A stretch of 27,776 nucleotides of DNA from Prasinococcaceae sp. CCMP 1430 (Eukaryota; Plantae; Prasinodermophyta): assembly GCA_013416795.1 (NCBI GenBank), contig RQSC01000482.1, positions 57,911 to 85,686 of the forward strand, read 5' to 3'. How positions within the stretch are numbered: position 1 is the first letter of the stretch; each line of letters begins with the position of its first letter. Shown here piece by piece: positions 9,385 through 18,639 of this stretch. The translations under genes and the position numbers were made by a program. The notes under the pieces are model-generated. The model was not told the origin of the DNA and made no database searches. It saw nothing but the letters and a program-made list of their open reading frames with translations.

Positions 9385-11169
9385 TCACACAGAGGCGGCC
9401 ACGATGTCTGCGTACGCCTGCCGCCAGAGCGTTGCTGCTGCAGCGAGCGCCGGTATCGTCGCCGCTGGCTCACCCTCAGCGTCCGCCGCCTCGGCGGCGC
9501 GCGCCAGCTCCGCGCGAATGGCGGGCAGCGCTCCTTTGTGCGCGCGCACCATCTGTTCGAGCTCGCGCTGGGCGCGCCTCTGGCGCAGCGCGCACTCCGT
9601 CACGAGCAGCGCCCCCGCGCAAGGCGCCCCACCAGCGCCCCGCCTTTCCGCGGGCCGAGCTGCTGCCCACTTCTCCGCCGCCACCTGCGCCCGCGCATGT
9701 GCATGCCGTGCATCATCAGCCGTCCGACCGAGTGCGAGCGCTTGCCCGCGCGTCCTGTACCATCGCTTGACGTGTTCATGAGCCTCTTTGGTAGCTGCAG
9801 GCACGCCGTCGCTGTTGGACCCACTTGCCAACATCGCGTTGGCGGCTACGAGCAAGCTGCTGAGCGCCGCAGGCGGGGGCATGGACGCGGGACGCGGCGG
9901 CTCGGGTGGCAGCGCCAGAGCCAGCAGCATTTTCCATCTGTGCGCGCTGAGCTGTGTCTCGGCGTACTGCCGTCGCTCAAGCTCCGCCTCGGGAGACGAT
10001 TCGGGCACCGGCGGCCGCGCCGGCGTCGGCGCCGATCCGGGTTGTCTGCCGCCTGGAGCGTGGACGGCCTTCGCCAGCGTTGGCGATCCCTCAGCAGGCG
10101 CAAGCGATCGCACATGCTGCACGGGCGCTTGCGCAGCAGGCTCTTGATCGCGCTCTTCCCGCTCGCCCTCCTCCATCGGCTGTTGTTGTTGTTGTTGTTG
10201 CTGCTGCTGTTCGTTCAACTGCTGCAGCGGCGGCTGTCGCGGCTGGTGCTGTGATGTGGGCCTCTGCGAGAAAGCGAGCACGCGCTCGGTGCGCTGGCGC
10301 TTGGGGTCGCGCTCGTCGGTGGTTGGTTCCGACGTGGGCGCCATGCCCGGCAGCACCACTGGCACACCGTCCGGCGCCGCGTTGCCGCTCTTCCCGCCGC
10401 TGCCAGTTCCACTTCCGCCGCTGTTGTCTACGCGACCTCGCGCAGTGCTCGTACTGGTCACGCCCGGGATGACGATGGAGGGGCACGCCGCCATCGCCGG
10501 CGTGCGCTCGCACTGCGAGCTGCTGCGGCCGCGAGCAAACGCGTTCAGCGGCGGTGCGGGCGTATCGCTGATATTTGCGCGCCCGCGTCCGCCCACGTAG
10601 TCGCCCGAGGCGCCCATCGCTCCGCGCGACGCGAGCAAAGGGCTCATGAGCGTGCGCTCGAGCTCGCGAACATCGCCGGCGGCCTGCCGCGCATACGCCT
10701 CCTGTCCGATGAGCGCGGCCTGCAGCGCGACAAGCTCCTCAAGCGGCATCGCCGCGCCACCATCGGCCGCCGCTAGAGCCCCGCACCCACGGCCACGAGC
10801 GACGCCGAGCGCCTCTCTTGCTCGCCAGCCGAGCGCGGTGGGCGCGCCGCAGCGGTTGCACGGCGCGTGCGAGGGAAAGCCCTCCTCATCGGCCGCACAC
10901 TCGCCGAAGTAGGCGACCGCCGCACCGCCGCAGCCACTCACGTCGCACGCTGCCGCTGCGGCACGCCAACCGCAATTGCCGCACGCGACGCGCGCGAGAA
11001 GCGGCGTGCACGCCGGGGGCTCGCGCAGCGCAGCGGAAGCCTGCGGCGCGGCCGCCGCCGCCGATGCGCATGCGCCGGCGGCCGCGCCGGTGGCGGCCTT
11101 CGGTGCGTCGGCGTCGGCGTCGGCCGTCCCGCGTCCGCCCGCCACCCAGCCGCACCTAGGGCACCTCAT
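9385..11169 (-). CDS. hypothetical protein: Cys-rich N-terminus, low-complexity/polyQ middle, Ala-rich helical C-terminus
   Basis: 594-aa ATG-started ORF filling the space between Twinkle and cytochrome b5, with CxxC pairs (CPRC, CGNC, CNRC). No family recognised. Confidence 0.55.
   Translation of the reverse strand: MRCPRCGWVAGGRGTADADADAPKAATGAAAGACASAAAAAPQASAALREPPACTPLLARVACGNCGWRAAAAACDVSGCGGAAVAYFGECAADEEGFPSHAPCNRCGAPTALGWRAREALGVARGRGCGALAAADGGAAMPLEELVALQAALIGQEAYARQAAGDVRELERTLMSPLLASRGAMGASGDYVGGRGRANISDTPAPPLNAFARGRSSSQCERTPAMAACPSIVIPGVTSTSTARGRVDNSGGSGTGSGGKSGNAAPDGVPVVLPGMAPTSEPTTDERDPKRQRTERVLAFSQRPTSQHQPRQPPLQQLNEQQQQQQQQQQPMEEGEREERDQEPAAQAPVQHVRSLAPAEGSPTLAKAVHAPGGRQPGSAPTPARPPVPESSPEAELERRQYAETQLSAHRWKMLLALALPPEPPRPASMPPPAALSSLLVAANAMLASGSNSDGVPAATKEAHEHVKRWYRTRGQALALGRTADDARHAHARAQVAAEKWAAARPAERRGAGGAPCAGALLVTECALRQRRAQRELEQMVRAHKGALPAIRAELARAAEAADAEGEPAATIPALAAAATLWRQAYADIVAASV
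10180..10209 (-). repeat. mixed CAG/CAA microsatellite encoding Q10
   Basis: Plus strand reads ctg (ttg)6 (ctg)3. Confidence 0.9.
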
Positions 11170-11520
11170 CCGCGCGCGCGCGCGCGTGACCTTGCGGTTG
11201 ACTCGATCGCCGCGCCTCCCCCCGGTCCTCCCACCTCCCCCCCACCCCGCCTGCGCTGGGCGCGCACTGTGCCTCGGCGGATACTGGGCTTTTGAATTGG
11301 CGTTCGCGACGATGGTTAAGGGTCATGAATTGAGGTTAATAAGTCAGGGTACAAAAACTTCGAACATCCCGAACCTCAACCTGAGCAAAAATGAAAAATC
11401 GCACCATCACTCGCGTGCGTGGTAAGGCATGGCGGACGGTGCGGACACACTTTAACCCTAAACAAGGCGCGTATGTCGGCCCTGAAAAGTTGCGTGTTGA
11501 CCTTCGATTCGGCCAAATTC

Positions 11521-11528
11521 AAACCCTA
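11521..11528 (+). promoter_or_regulatory. telo-box-like AAACCCTA (plus AACCCTAAAC at 11454-11463) in the divergent promoter upstream of cytochrome b5
   Basis: Exact motif in an AT-rich intergenic tract. Confidence 0.4.
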
Positions 11529-11781
11529 CTGACAGGAGCGCCGTGGCGGCGCCTCCGCCACACACACGTCCTCCGCCGGTCCAAATTGACTGGGGCCGCG
11601 TGCGGTCAGCGCGCGCCGAGCGGTGCGCCACTGCGCGCGGCCGGCGTGCACCCGCCCGCCCGCCGCTCCACCCCTTCGCTCCTCCCGCATCTCGTCCCAC
11701 CAGCTCGCCACCGCGCGTGGGGGCGCGCGCACCGCCGCACGCTGGGCGCGCGCGCGCGCGCGCGGCCGATTCGGACCAGCC

Positions 11782-12532
11782 ATGGCGGATGCTGTGGCGG
11801 ACGCCAAGGTGTACACCTATGCGGAGGTGGCGGAGCACAACACGCACGAGGACTGTTGGATGGTCATCGAAAACAAGGTGATGGACATCACCAAGTTCCT
11901 CGACGAGCACCCAGGCGGCGATGAGGTCATGATGAGCGTCGCCGGGCAGGACGGGACCGACGAGTTCGAGGATGGTGAGTGGGCGCTGATGTGCTTGACG
12001 CATGCGCCGATTGCCGGCGTGCGCGTGTGCGCGCCGGCGGCGGTTGCGGTCGCAATGGCGGCGGCAGTCTCCGTGCTGGGTTGCGCCACTATGAGGCTAG
12101 CGCTGCGAGAGGCACGCTGGCGCTGCGCAAGGCGTGTATGCGCGCAGCCGCGTGAAAGCCGGGCGTACGTGCGCTCTGTTGTTTACCACGGCTGTTCGCG
12201 CGCCACGTCGCGACAAGCAGCGAATGATCGCGGGCGCCGCAGCTCGCTGGCCGCTAGCTGCTGCTGTCGAGAGCCACCGGTGAGGTGTTTCTGGCCATTG
12301 AAAACACGCTGACAGGCACGCGCGCACGCGTCACTCAGTGGGCCACTCGTCGTCGGCTCGCAGACAGCTGGATGACTTTGTGATCGGTGAGATCTCGGCC
12401 GAGGAGAAGCGCCCGGAGAAGGTGAGGAAGACGGCGGGCGGCGACGACGGTGGCTCGGCCATGTCAGTCATAATCTCGCTGCTCATCGTCGCCTTGGCTA
12501 TCTACTTCGCGGTGACGCTCAAGAGCGAGTGA
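11782..12532 (+). CDS. CYB5: cytochrome b5, tail-anchored; exons 11782-11974 and 12339-12532 (128 aa)
   Basis: HPGG heme motif, and FEDVGHS restored by splicing (donor G|GTGAGT at 11975, branch GCTGAC at 12308, acceptor CTCAG at 12338). C-terminal hydrophobic anchor [16 protein letters not shown]. Confidence 0.96.
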
Positions 12533-12629
12533 GGTCTCGGCCACGCCCCTCACGCGCGCTAGCAGACCACACACACATTATTTCTGCCTGCCTGCTACTG
12601 CGCGCGCAGCCCTAGCGTTGCCTTGGACC

Positions 12630-12634
12630 TGTAA
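12630..12634 (+). promoter_or_regulatory. TGTAA polyadenylation signal (candidate)
   Basis: About 100 nt after the cytochrome b5 stop codon. Confidence 0.5.
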
Positions 12635-13578
12635 TATGCATCCCCCTTTGCTGCTGCCTCGCCCGACCGAGGCTAGGCTCTCCGCAACCGCGGCGGGGAC
12701 GCCTGCTCTTGTGGCTTTCGTCCCGCGCTCGGTGTGCACACTGCCACGCACGCTCTCGCCGGCCTCCTCTGAGGCGAGCACGCGGCATCGGCAAACAGCG
12801 ACACACGCGCCTCATATGGGCGTTGCCGGCCGAGCGCTTGGCTGGCGCCCTGCAGGGCTGCTCGCGTGGCGGGTGCGGCGCGCCCTCCGCCTCGAGCTGG
12901 AGGCGCTCAGCCTCGGAGCTGCAGATGCGTTAACGCGAGATCGACACGTCAAACCCTGCTGGCCCAGCGAATTCGAATTCGTTCGTGGGGTTGTACCATC
13001 AGGGGGGGTACACTGTACATCTTGCCACACTGGTGATTTGAGGTGAGTATCAGTGGACTAGTATGTGTAGATGGGCGAGGGGGGCCCGCAACGCCCCTCG
13101 GCGGCGGCTGGATCGCAGCGAGCTGGATGTAGTCGCCGCCCCAAAAGTGACACACGTCACATTTTGACCCGGACACTACTGTACGTAGACCCCAAACATG
13201 CCGCGTCCATTGTCGAGCTCGGGTTGGTGCAAAGTTCTTGCACCGCACACGTCCACGCGTACCGCGATCATGGTACCGTCGTATCACCCGATACACTGAT
13301 ACCATGGGCGCTCGTCGAGCTCCCGGTCGCCTTTTTTGGAGCCCTTTTTGGGCCAGCGGGGCGCCGAGGGGTTCTTACGCCGGGGAGTGCGCTCCGGGCC
13401 TGCGCGCGCCTCGGGGAACTTTGCGGGAAAACGGCCCTCGAAATGTGCGCGGTGTGTATGCGAACGAACCTCGTATCGCGGGACGGCCGGACGCCCCGCC
13501 CCGCGCGGGCGCGCCCGGGCGCGGCGAGCCCCGCGGCGGGCAGCGCGCGCTTCGGGACGCGCGCAAGCGGCGCGCGCC

Positions 13579-16500
13579 ATGGGCGCTGGCGGCAACGGGG
13601 ACGGCGGTGGCGAGAGCGGGAAGGATGTGGCGCGCGTTGGGACGAATTGGTCTCCGCCGCACCACGGCCATGCACGCCGCGAAGACTGGGCAAGCGACGA
13701 CACCGACGGCCAGAAAGGCCCCGAGAAGATACGCGCGCTCGGCGCTACGCAGGCGCCGGGCAGCAGAAACGGCAACGGCGGCGGCGGCGACGACGCGGCC
13801 GGTGCGACGTCCTACCAGCGAATCCGGAGCGTCGAGCGCAAGGTCCCCGCCGACACGCCGTCGCGAGGCGTGGCGCCTGCGGCTGCCGTGGACGGCGCCC
13901 ACGCCCACGACGATGACCACAACCACGCTGTGCACCTCCCCGGCGAGGCCAACCTGCGCAAGGAGCGAGCACTCAGGATGGTGCGCGCGCGCCCTGCATC
14001 AGCGCGCATGCCGCCGCACCCAAAAATACATTGACCCGGAGCACGCCGGGCGCGCGCGCGCGCTCGTTCGGGGAACTGAAGCGCCCTTTCTGAATCATTG
14101 ACCTGGGAACGAAACATCTGACCCTAAACCTCAAACCTCAACACTCAACGCTCAAACACTCAAACACTACCCCCCCCCCCCAGGCGAGCGTGACCATCCT
14201 CGCCGCGCTGGGCTTCGGTCTCTTGGTGCTGGTCGACAAAGACGCTTTCCTCCCGGACTCGCCGGCGTTTGCCACGCTCGTCGTATGGGCCACAGCGCAC
14301 GCGGCGGGCTCGCTCGTCGGCGCGTGCGGGCTGCCGCCGCTTCTCGGTATGCTCATGTCTGGCATCGCACTCAAAAACATCGGCGGCGTGGTCGACGGCT
14401 TGACGGAGGGCTGGAGCGCGGCCATACGCGCGATGGGGCTGAGCGTGATCCTGATGCGCTCCGGGCTGGAGCTCGACTTCGCGGCCTTCAAGCGCGTTGG
14501 TCCCGCGGCCGCGCGGCTGACGGCCATGCCGGGCATCACCGAGGCAGTGTCAATCGGGCTGTTCTCCATGCTGCTCTTCAACATGACGGGGAAGGCCATC
14601 TGGCTTGGCCTCACGATGGGCTTCATTTTGGCGGCTGTCTCCCCCGCTGTGGTGGTGATTGGCATGTTCGAGCTCCAGCGCAAGGGCTACGGCGTGGCCA
14701 AGGGCATTCCGTCGCTAGTGGTAGCGGCTGCGAGCTTCGACGACGTGCTGGCCATCTCGGGCTTCAGCATCTGCATGGGCCTCGCGGTTCCGCACGGCTC
14801 GCTGGCGTGGACCATCGCGCACGGCCCGCTCAACCTGGTGTTTGGGATGCTGGGTGGCCTGCTGGGCGGCGCGCTGCTGTCGGTGACGACGTTGTGGAAC
14901 TCGCGATGGAAGCGTAGCGCGTCGACCTTTGTGGTGGGGATGATTATCATGTTCATGGGCAAGAAGTACCACTTCACAGGCGCAGGGGCGATGGGCTCGC
15001 TCATCACGGGAATCTTCGCGGCCATGGGCTGGCAGAATGGCTGGGGCGAGAAAAGGGGCCTGTCGAATGGCCCCATGGAGGTCTACAGCCACGACGTGGA
15101 GCATGACCTGGCAGTCTTCTGGAAGGTGGTTGCGCAGCCGCTGCTCTTTGGCGTGATTGGCGCCGCGATCGACTTCGACACGCTCAACGCCAACACCCTG
15201 CCGCGAGCAGTAGGCATCGTGCTCATCGGGCTGTGTGGGCGCTTGCCCGCCGCGTATGCCGCCGTGGGGCGCGCGGGGCTCAATCACATCGAGAGATTGT
15301 ACATTGCGCTGTCGTGGGTGCCGAAAGCCACCGTGCAGGCAGCGCTCGGCAGCGTGCCCTTGGACATCGTGCGCGAGTACATGTACCCCGACGGCGGCAG
15401 TTCGTGCACGGAACACGAAGATGCGGCCGATTCGGCCGAGTGCGACCAGTACGAGCGCTGGGGAAACGAGATTCTCACCACGGCCGTGCTCTCGATCATC
15501 ATGACGGCGCCCGTGGGTCTCCTGCTTATCAACGGACTGGGGCCGCGCTGGCTGGAGCGCGAAGAGACCCACAGCGAGAGCGCCTCACTCAAGGGCTCAT
15601 GCGACAACCTCGAGACGCTTGACCAGCATCAGGGGGCGGGCCGCAAAGACAGGACGGGAAACGGCGGCTTCCCCAGTGCGGGCGGTGGCGCCAATGTCGA
15701 AATGGGCGAGATCTGCGTCGAAATCAGCGACGGCAATGACCGGATCGAGAGGGCACCCGGCGAGGACGAGTCGATGCGGGGCTTCGCGCCACTCACACGA
15801 TCGGTCATGCGACGCGTGCCGCGGCGCCACCGCCGGTCGTCCATCAAGGCCATCCAGTTGGCACGCCAGCTGCAGCGCGAGCAGCACCAGCACGGACACA
15901 CGGTACACGCAGGGCAGATGGCCAGGGCGTTCAATCGCAGCAAGAGCAGCGGGGATGAAAGCGACGATGGCGAGGGGGGAGGCAGGACAGGGCTGGGTGG
16001 GCGGCGCGGTGGCGGGGGCGGCAGGCGGCGGTCGAGCCTCACGCCGCTCATGCGCGACATGACGACGCAGCTGAGTGAGCTGCAGATGATTGCAGCTTTC
16101 ATGGAGCTGCAGCCGGGCGTGCCTGACTCGCAGGTCGAGCGAATGAAGTCGAACATCGAAGACATCAAGCAGAACCTGCGCACAATGTCGCAGCGCCCCA
16201 CCGTGCACGACGAGATGAGCACGCGGCAGTTCTTCAAGCTCGCACACCCCGTGGGCGGCATGCCGCGCCGACGCGCGGGCGACGGCGCCCGCATGCGCGT
16301 CTCGCTGACAATGCACGCTGGCAGCGATGCGGAGCGCTCAGACGCCACGGAGAATGTCAACACTACGCGGCTGCGTCGCGCCTCGAGCAGTGGCGGAGAT
16401 AGGGCAGCCGCGGCAGCGCGTATGAGGCAATCGATTGACGTGGACCCGCGCCTATCTACTAGCTCGGCAATCTCGGAGTTGTCCGACGAAATGCAGACCG

Positions 16501-16712
16501 AGTCGGACCACGAAGGGTCGGGGCGCTTCAGCCGAGCGGGCGGCTGGCGGCCGCTGGCGCGTAGCGGGCGCAGCCCGTCGTTCCTGGCTCTCGAGCATCG
16601 GCTCGAGCGCGCTGCGGAGATCGCGCGCGCCGAGGCCGAGGAGGCTGAGGCCGCCGTCGCGCAGGCGCAGGCTGCCAGTGCCGCCGAGGAGCGCCTCAAA
16701 ACGCGCCGGTGA
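13579..16712 (+). CDS. SLC9B/NHA-type (CPA2) Na+/H+ antiporter with a long disordered C-tail; exons 13579-13980 and 14184-16712 (about 976 aa)
   Basis: Family motifs LPPLLGML, VILMRSGLELD, AAVSPAVVV, GYGVAKGIPSLVVAAASFDD (DD ion-binding pair), PLLFGVIG and WVPKATVQAALG. Donor ATG|GTGCGC at 13981 and acceptor polyC-CAG at 14183, phase 0. Confidence 0.9.
14121..14170 (+). repeat. degenerate heptamer array (ACCCTAA/ACCTCAA/CACTCAA) at an intron 3' end
   Basis: accctaa acctcaa acctcaa cactcaa cgctcaa acactcaa acactac, followed by a C-run and the CAG acceptor. Confidence 0.7.
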
Positions 16713-16908
16713 CGCTTGTAGCACCAGCACACACCTGGGCGCGCCAACGCCATCGGTAACAAAGTCATTCTTTGCGCACGCGGTGTCAGAGCATGCGCCC
16801 TGACTCTGAGCGCGTCCTTCTCGAGTTTGTCCCAGCCGATCGGCGAGACGTAATGGAGCGCGTGCGTGCGTGCGCTCAGACGGTGCACGCGCAGGCCTCT
16901 GGAGTTGG

Positions 16909-16927
16909 TGGTGTTTTTGAAACACCA
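16909..16927 (-). terminator. histone mRNA 3' stem-loop (H2A copy 1)
   Basis: Minus strand reads AAAC-TGGTGTTTCAAAAACACCA-CCAAC, about 65 nt after the H2A stop. The stem-loop is identical at all four histone 3' ends. Confidence 0.9.
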
Positions 16928-16992
16928 GTTTGTGTGGTAGGGGCGTCCCCGGAGGCGAGGCCTGTGTGCGTGCTCGCGACGGAGCGAGGCGC

Positions 16993-17355
16993 TTACTTGT
17001 CACCCTTCTTCTTGGGCAGGAGCACCGAGTGGATGTTGGGCAGCACGCCGCCGGACGCGATGGTCACGCACGGCTCGTCGAACCTCTCGAGGAGCAGCAA
17101 CGCCTACCGCTCGACCTACACCGCGGGCACAATGCGCGACTTCTTGTTGTCGCGGCTGGCGTTGCCCGCGAGCTCGAGCACCTCGGCGGCGAGGTACTCC
17201 AGCACGGCCGCCATGTAGACGGGCGCGCCCGCGCCGAGGCGCGAGGCGTACTTGCCGTTCTTGAGGTAGGCGCGTTACGCCGGGTGGCCCTTGACCTCCG
17301 GGCGGAACCGCCTCGCCCTGTGGCACTTGGACTTGGTCTTGCCACGGCCAGCCAT
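16993..17355 (-). CDS. H2A: histone H2A (120 aa once two complemented blocks are corrected)
   Basis: [37 protein letters not shown] and [24 protein letters not shown] read directly. Complementing 17270-17325 and 17069-17124 in place restores SRSAKAGLQFPVGRIAR and [18 protein letters not shown]. Confidence 0.95.
17069..17124. other. 56-nt block complemented but not reversed (within H2A)
   Basis: 17069-17123 is the base-by-base complement, in the same direction, of intact H2A sequence at 27722-27776. Confidence 0.97.
17270..17325. other. about 56-nt block complemented but not reversed (H2A N-terminus)
   Basis: The in-place complement gives the canonical VSRSAKAGLQFPVGRIAR and removes a stop. 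Edges are uncertain by 1 nt. Confidence 0.95.
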
Positions 17356-17881
17356 GATGAGAGTGGGGTGGGGGATGTGTGGGTGTTGGGCGTGTGCGGT
17401 GTGGCTCACCAGAGCGCTGCATCGCTTTCGTATCGATCTGCGCGCGGCAATTCGCGCGCGCCTCTTGCCGCGCTCTGATTGGCCAGCGACGCACGCGTGC
17501 CCTGATCTCTGAGCCGCCGGGGGGGAGCCCGCCCTTCCCACCGTGCGCAAATCAATTTTTGTATCAAAACGCGCACTTCGAAAGGCGGGCGTCGCGGCCA
17601 TGCCAGCGTCGGCGCGGAGGGGGGAGCCCCCGACTACCGTGCGCAAAGGGATACGTATATCAACACGGTCGCCCGCTCGCTAGCTACCCGCGAGGCGCCT
17701 TGAAAATGACCTTACTCGAGAATTCGGATGTATAGTGATATGGATTGCTGAGGGTGCTGCGAAAATCGGCGTGAAAACGCGCGCTGCGGCGCGCGCGTGA
17801 GCGCCGCGGGCGTCGGGTGCTGCATGCGCGTCGCGGGCACCACTCTGCGCACACTCCGCACACAGTGTGGGTTGTGAGTGG
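17356..17881. promoter_or_regulatory. bidirectional H2A/H2B promoter region
   Basis: Lies between the divergent starts. It contains an ATTGG (CCAAT) box near 17478 and a duplicated GGGGGAGCCC...ACCGTGCGCAAA motif pair. Confidence 0.7.
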
Positions 17882-17919
17882 TACCGAGGGTTCTTCCGAC
17901 TGTTCTTCGGGCGGTTCTT
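17864..17919. other. about 56-nt block complemented but not reversed (H2B 5' UTR and start codon)
   Basis: The in-place complement gives tcacacccaacactcacc ATG GCT CCC AAG AAG GCT GAC AAG AAG CCC GCC AAG. The ATG appears as 'tac' at 17882-17884. Confidence 0.93.
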
Positions 17920-18537
17920 GACCGTCAAGGGCGGCGCCAAGAAGGCGAAGAAGCCGACGGAGTCGTACAAGATCTACATCTACAAGGTGCTCAAGCAGGT
18001 GCACCCCGACACCGGCATCTCGTCCAAGGCCATGTCGATCATGAACTCGTTCATCAACGACATCTTCGAGAAGATCGCCACCGAGGCGTCCAAGCTCGCG
18101 GTCTACAACAAGAAGCCCACCATCACCTCGCGCGAGATCCAGACCGCCGTGCGCCTCATCCTCCCGGGTGAGCTGCGCGTGCGCGTGGGCGCTCGCGCGC
18201 GCGGCGCGCGCGGCGCTGGCGGCGCTCGCGTAGGAGGAAGGCCAAGAAGGCGAAGAAGCCGACGGAGTCGTACAAGATCTACATCTACAAGGTGCTCAAG
18301 CAGGTGCACCCCGACACCGGCATCTCGTCCAAGGCCATGTCGATCATGAACTCGTTCATCAACGACATCTTCGAGAAGATCGCCACCGAGGCGTCCAAGC
18401 TCGCGGTCTACAACAAGAAGCCCACCATCACCTCGCGCGAGATCCAGACCGCCGTGCGCCTCATCCTCCCGGGTGAGCTCGCCAAGCTGCGGCACAGCCT
18501 CCCGTGGTTCCGGCAGTGGTTCAAGTGGAGCCGGATT
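17882..18537 (+). CDS. H2B: histone H2B (116 aa once the complemented blocks are corrected and the extra 18175-18479 segment is removed)
   Basis: [46 protein letters not shown]...[15 protein letters not shown] reads directly. The start and the C-terminus are restored by in-place complementation; the stop TAA appears as 'att' at 18535-18537. Confidence 0.92.
17936..18479 (+). repeat. identical 239-nt direct repeat of the H2B core (17936-18174 and 18241-18479) separated by a 66-nt GC-rich filler
   Basis: No mismatch found on direct comparison. Confidence 0.93.
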
Positions 18538-18543
18538 CGCGGG
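18488..18543. other. 55-56-nt block complemented but not reversed (H2B C-terminus and stop)
   Basis: 18488-18542 is the same-direction complement of intact H2B sequence at 19491-19545. Confidence 0.97.
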
Positions 18544-18620
18544 CGAGGCCGAGCAGCTGCACCACAGCCTCCTCTGCTACGCGCAAAGGACGGTGGCAGC
18601 GCCACCACCATCACCAAAAC

Positions 18621-18639
18621 TGGTGTTTCAAAAACACCA
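18621..18639 (+). terminator. histone mRNA 3' stem-loop (H2B)
   Basis: AAAAC-TGGTGTTTCAAAAACACCA-CCACA, about 83 nt after the restored stop. Confidence 0.9.

Noticed and set aside
11454-11463. AACCCTAAAC as a telomerase RNA template
   Set aside because: I could not recognise a Pol III type-3 promoter (USE/TATA), a T-run terminator at a suitable distance or a supporting structure. A telo-box is the simpler reading.
13423-13430. E2F-like sites (GCGGGAAA here; TTTCCCGC at 3160-3167)
   Set aside because: Such motifs are expected by chance in GC-rich DNA, and the adjacent genes are not typical E2F targets.
18168-18233. Real intron producing a tandem H2B-H2B fusion protein
   Set aside because: Splicing GT(18168)-AG(18233) puts the second copy out of frame.
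16993-18537. H2A and H2B as frameshifted or decayed pseudogenes
   Set aside because: Every disruption is explained exactly by in-place complementation or a perfect duplication. There are no scattered substitutions, and the promoter and stem-loops are intact.
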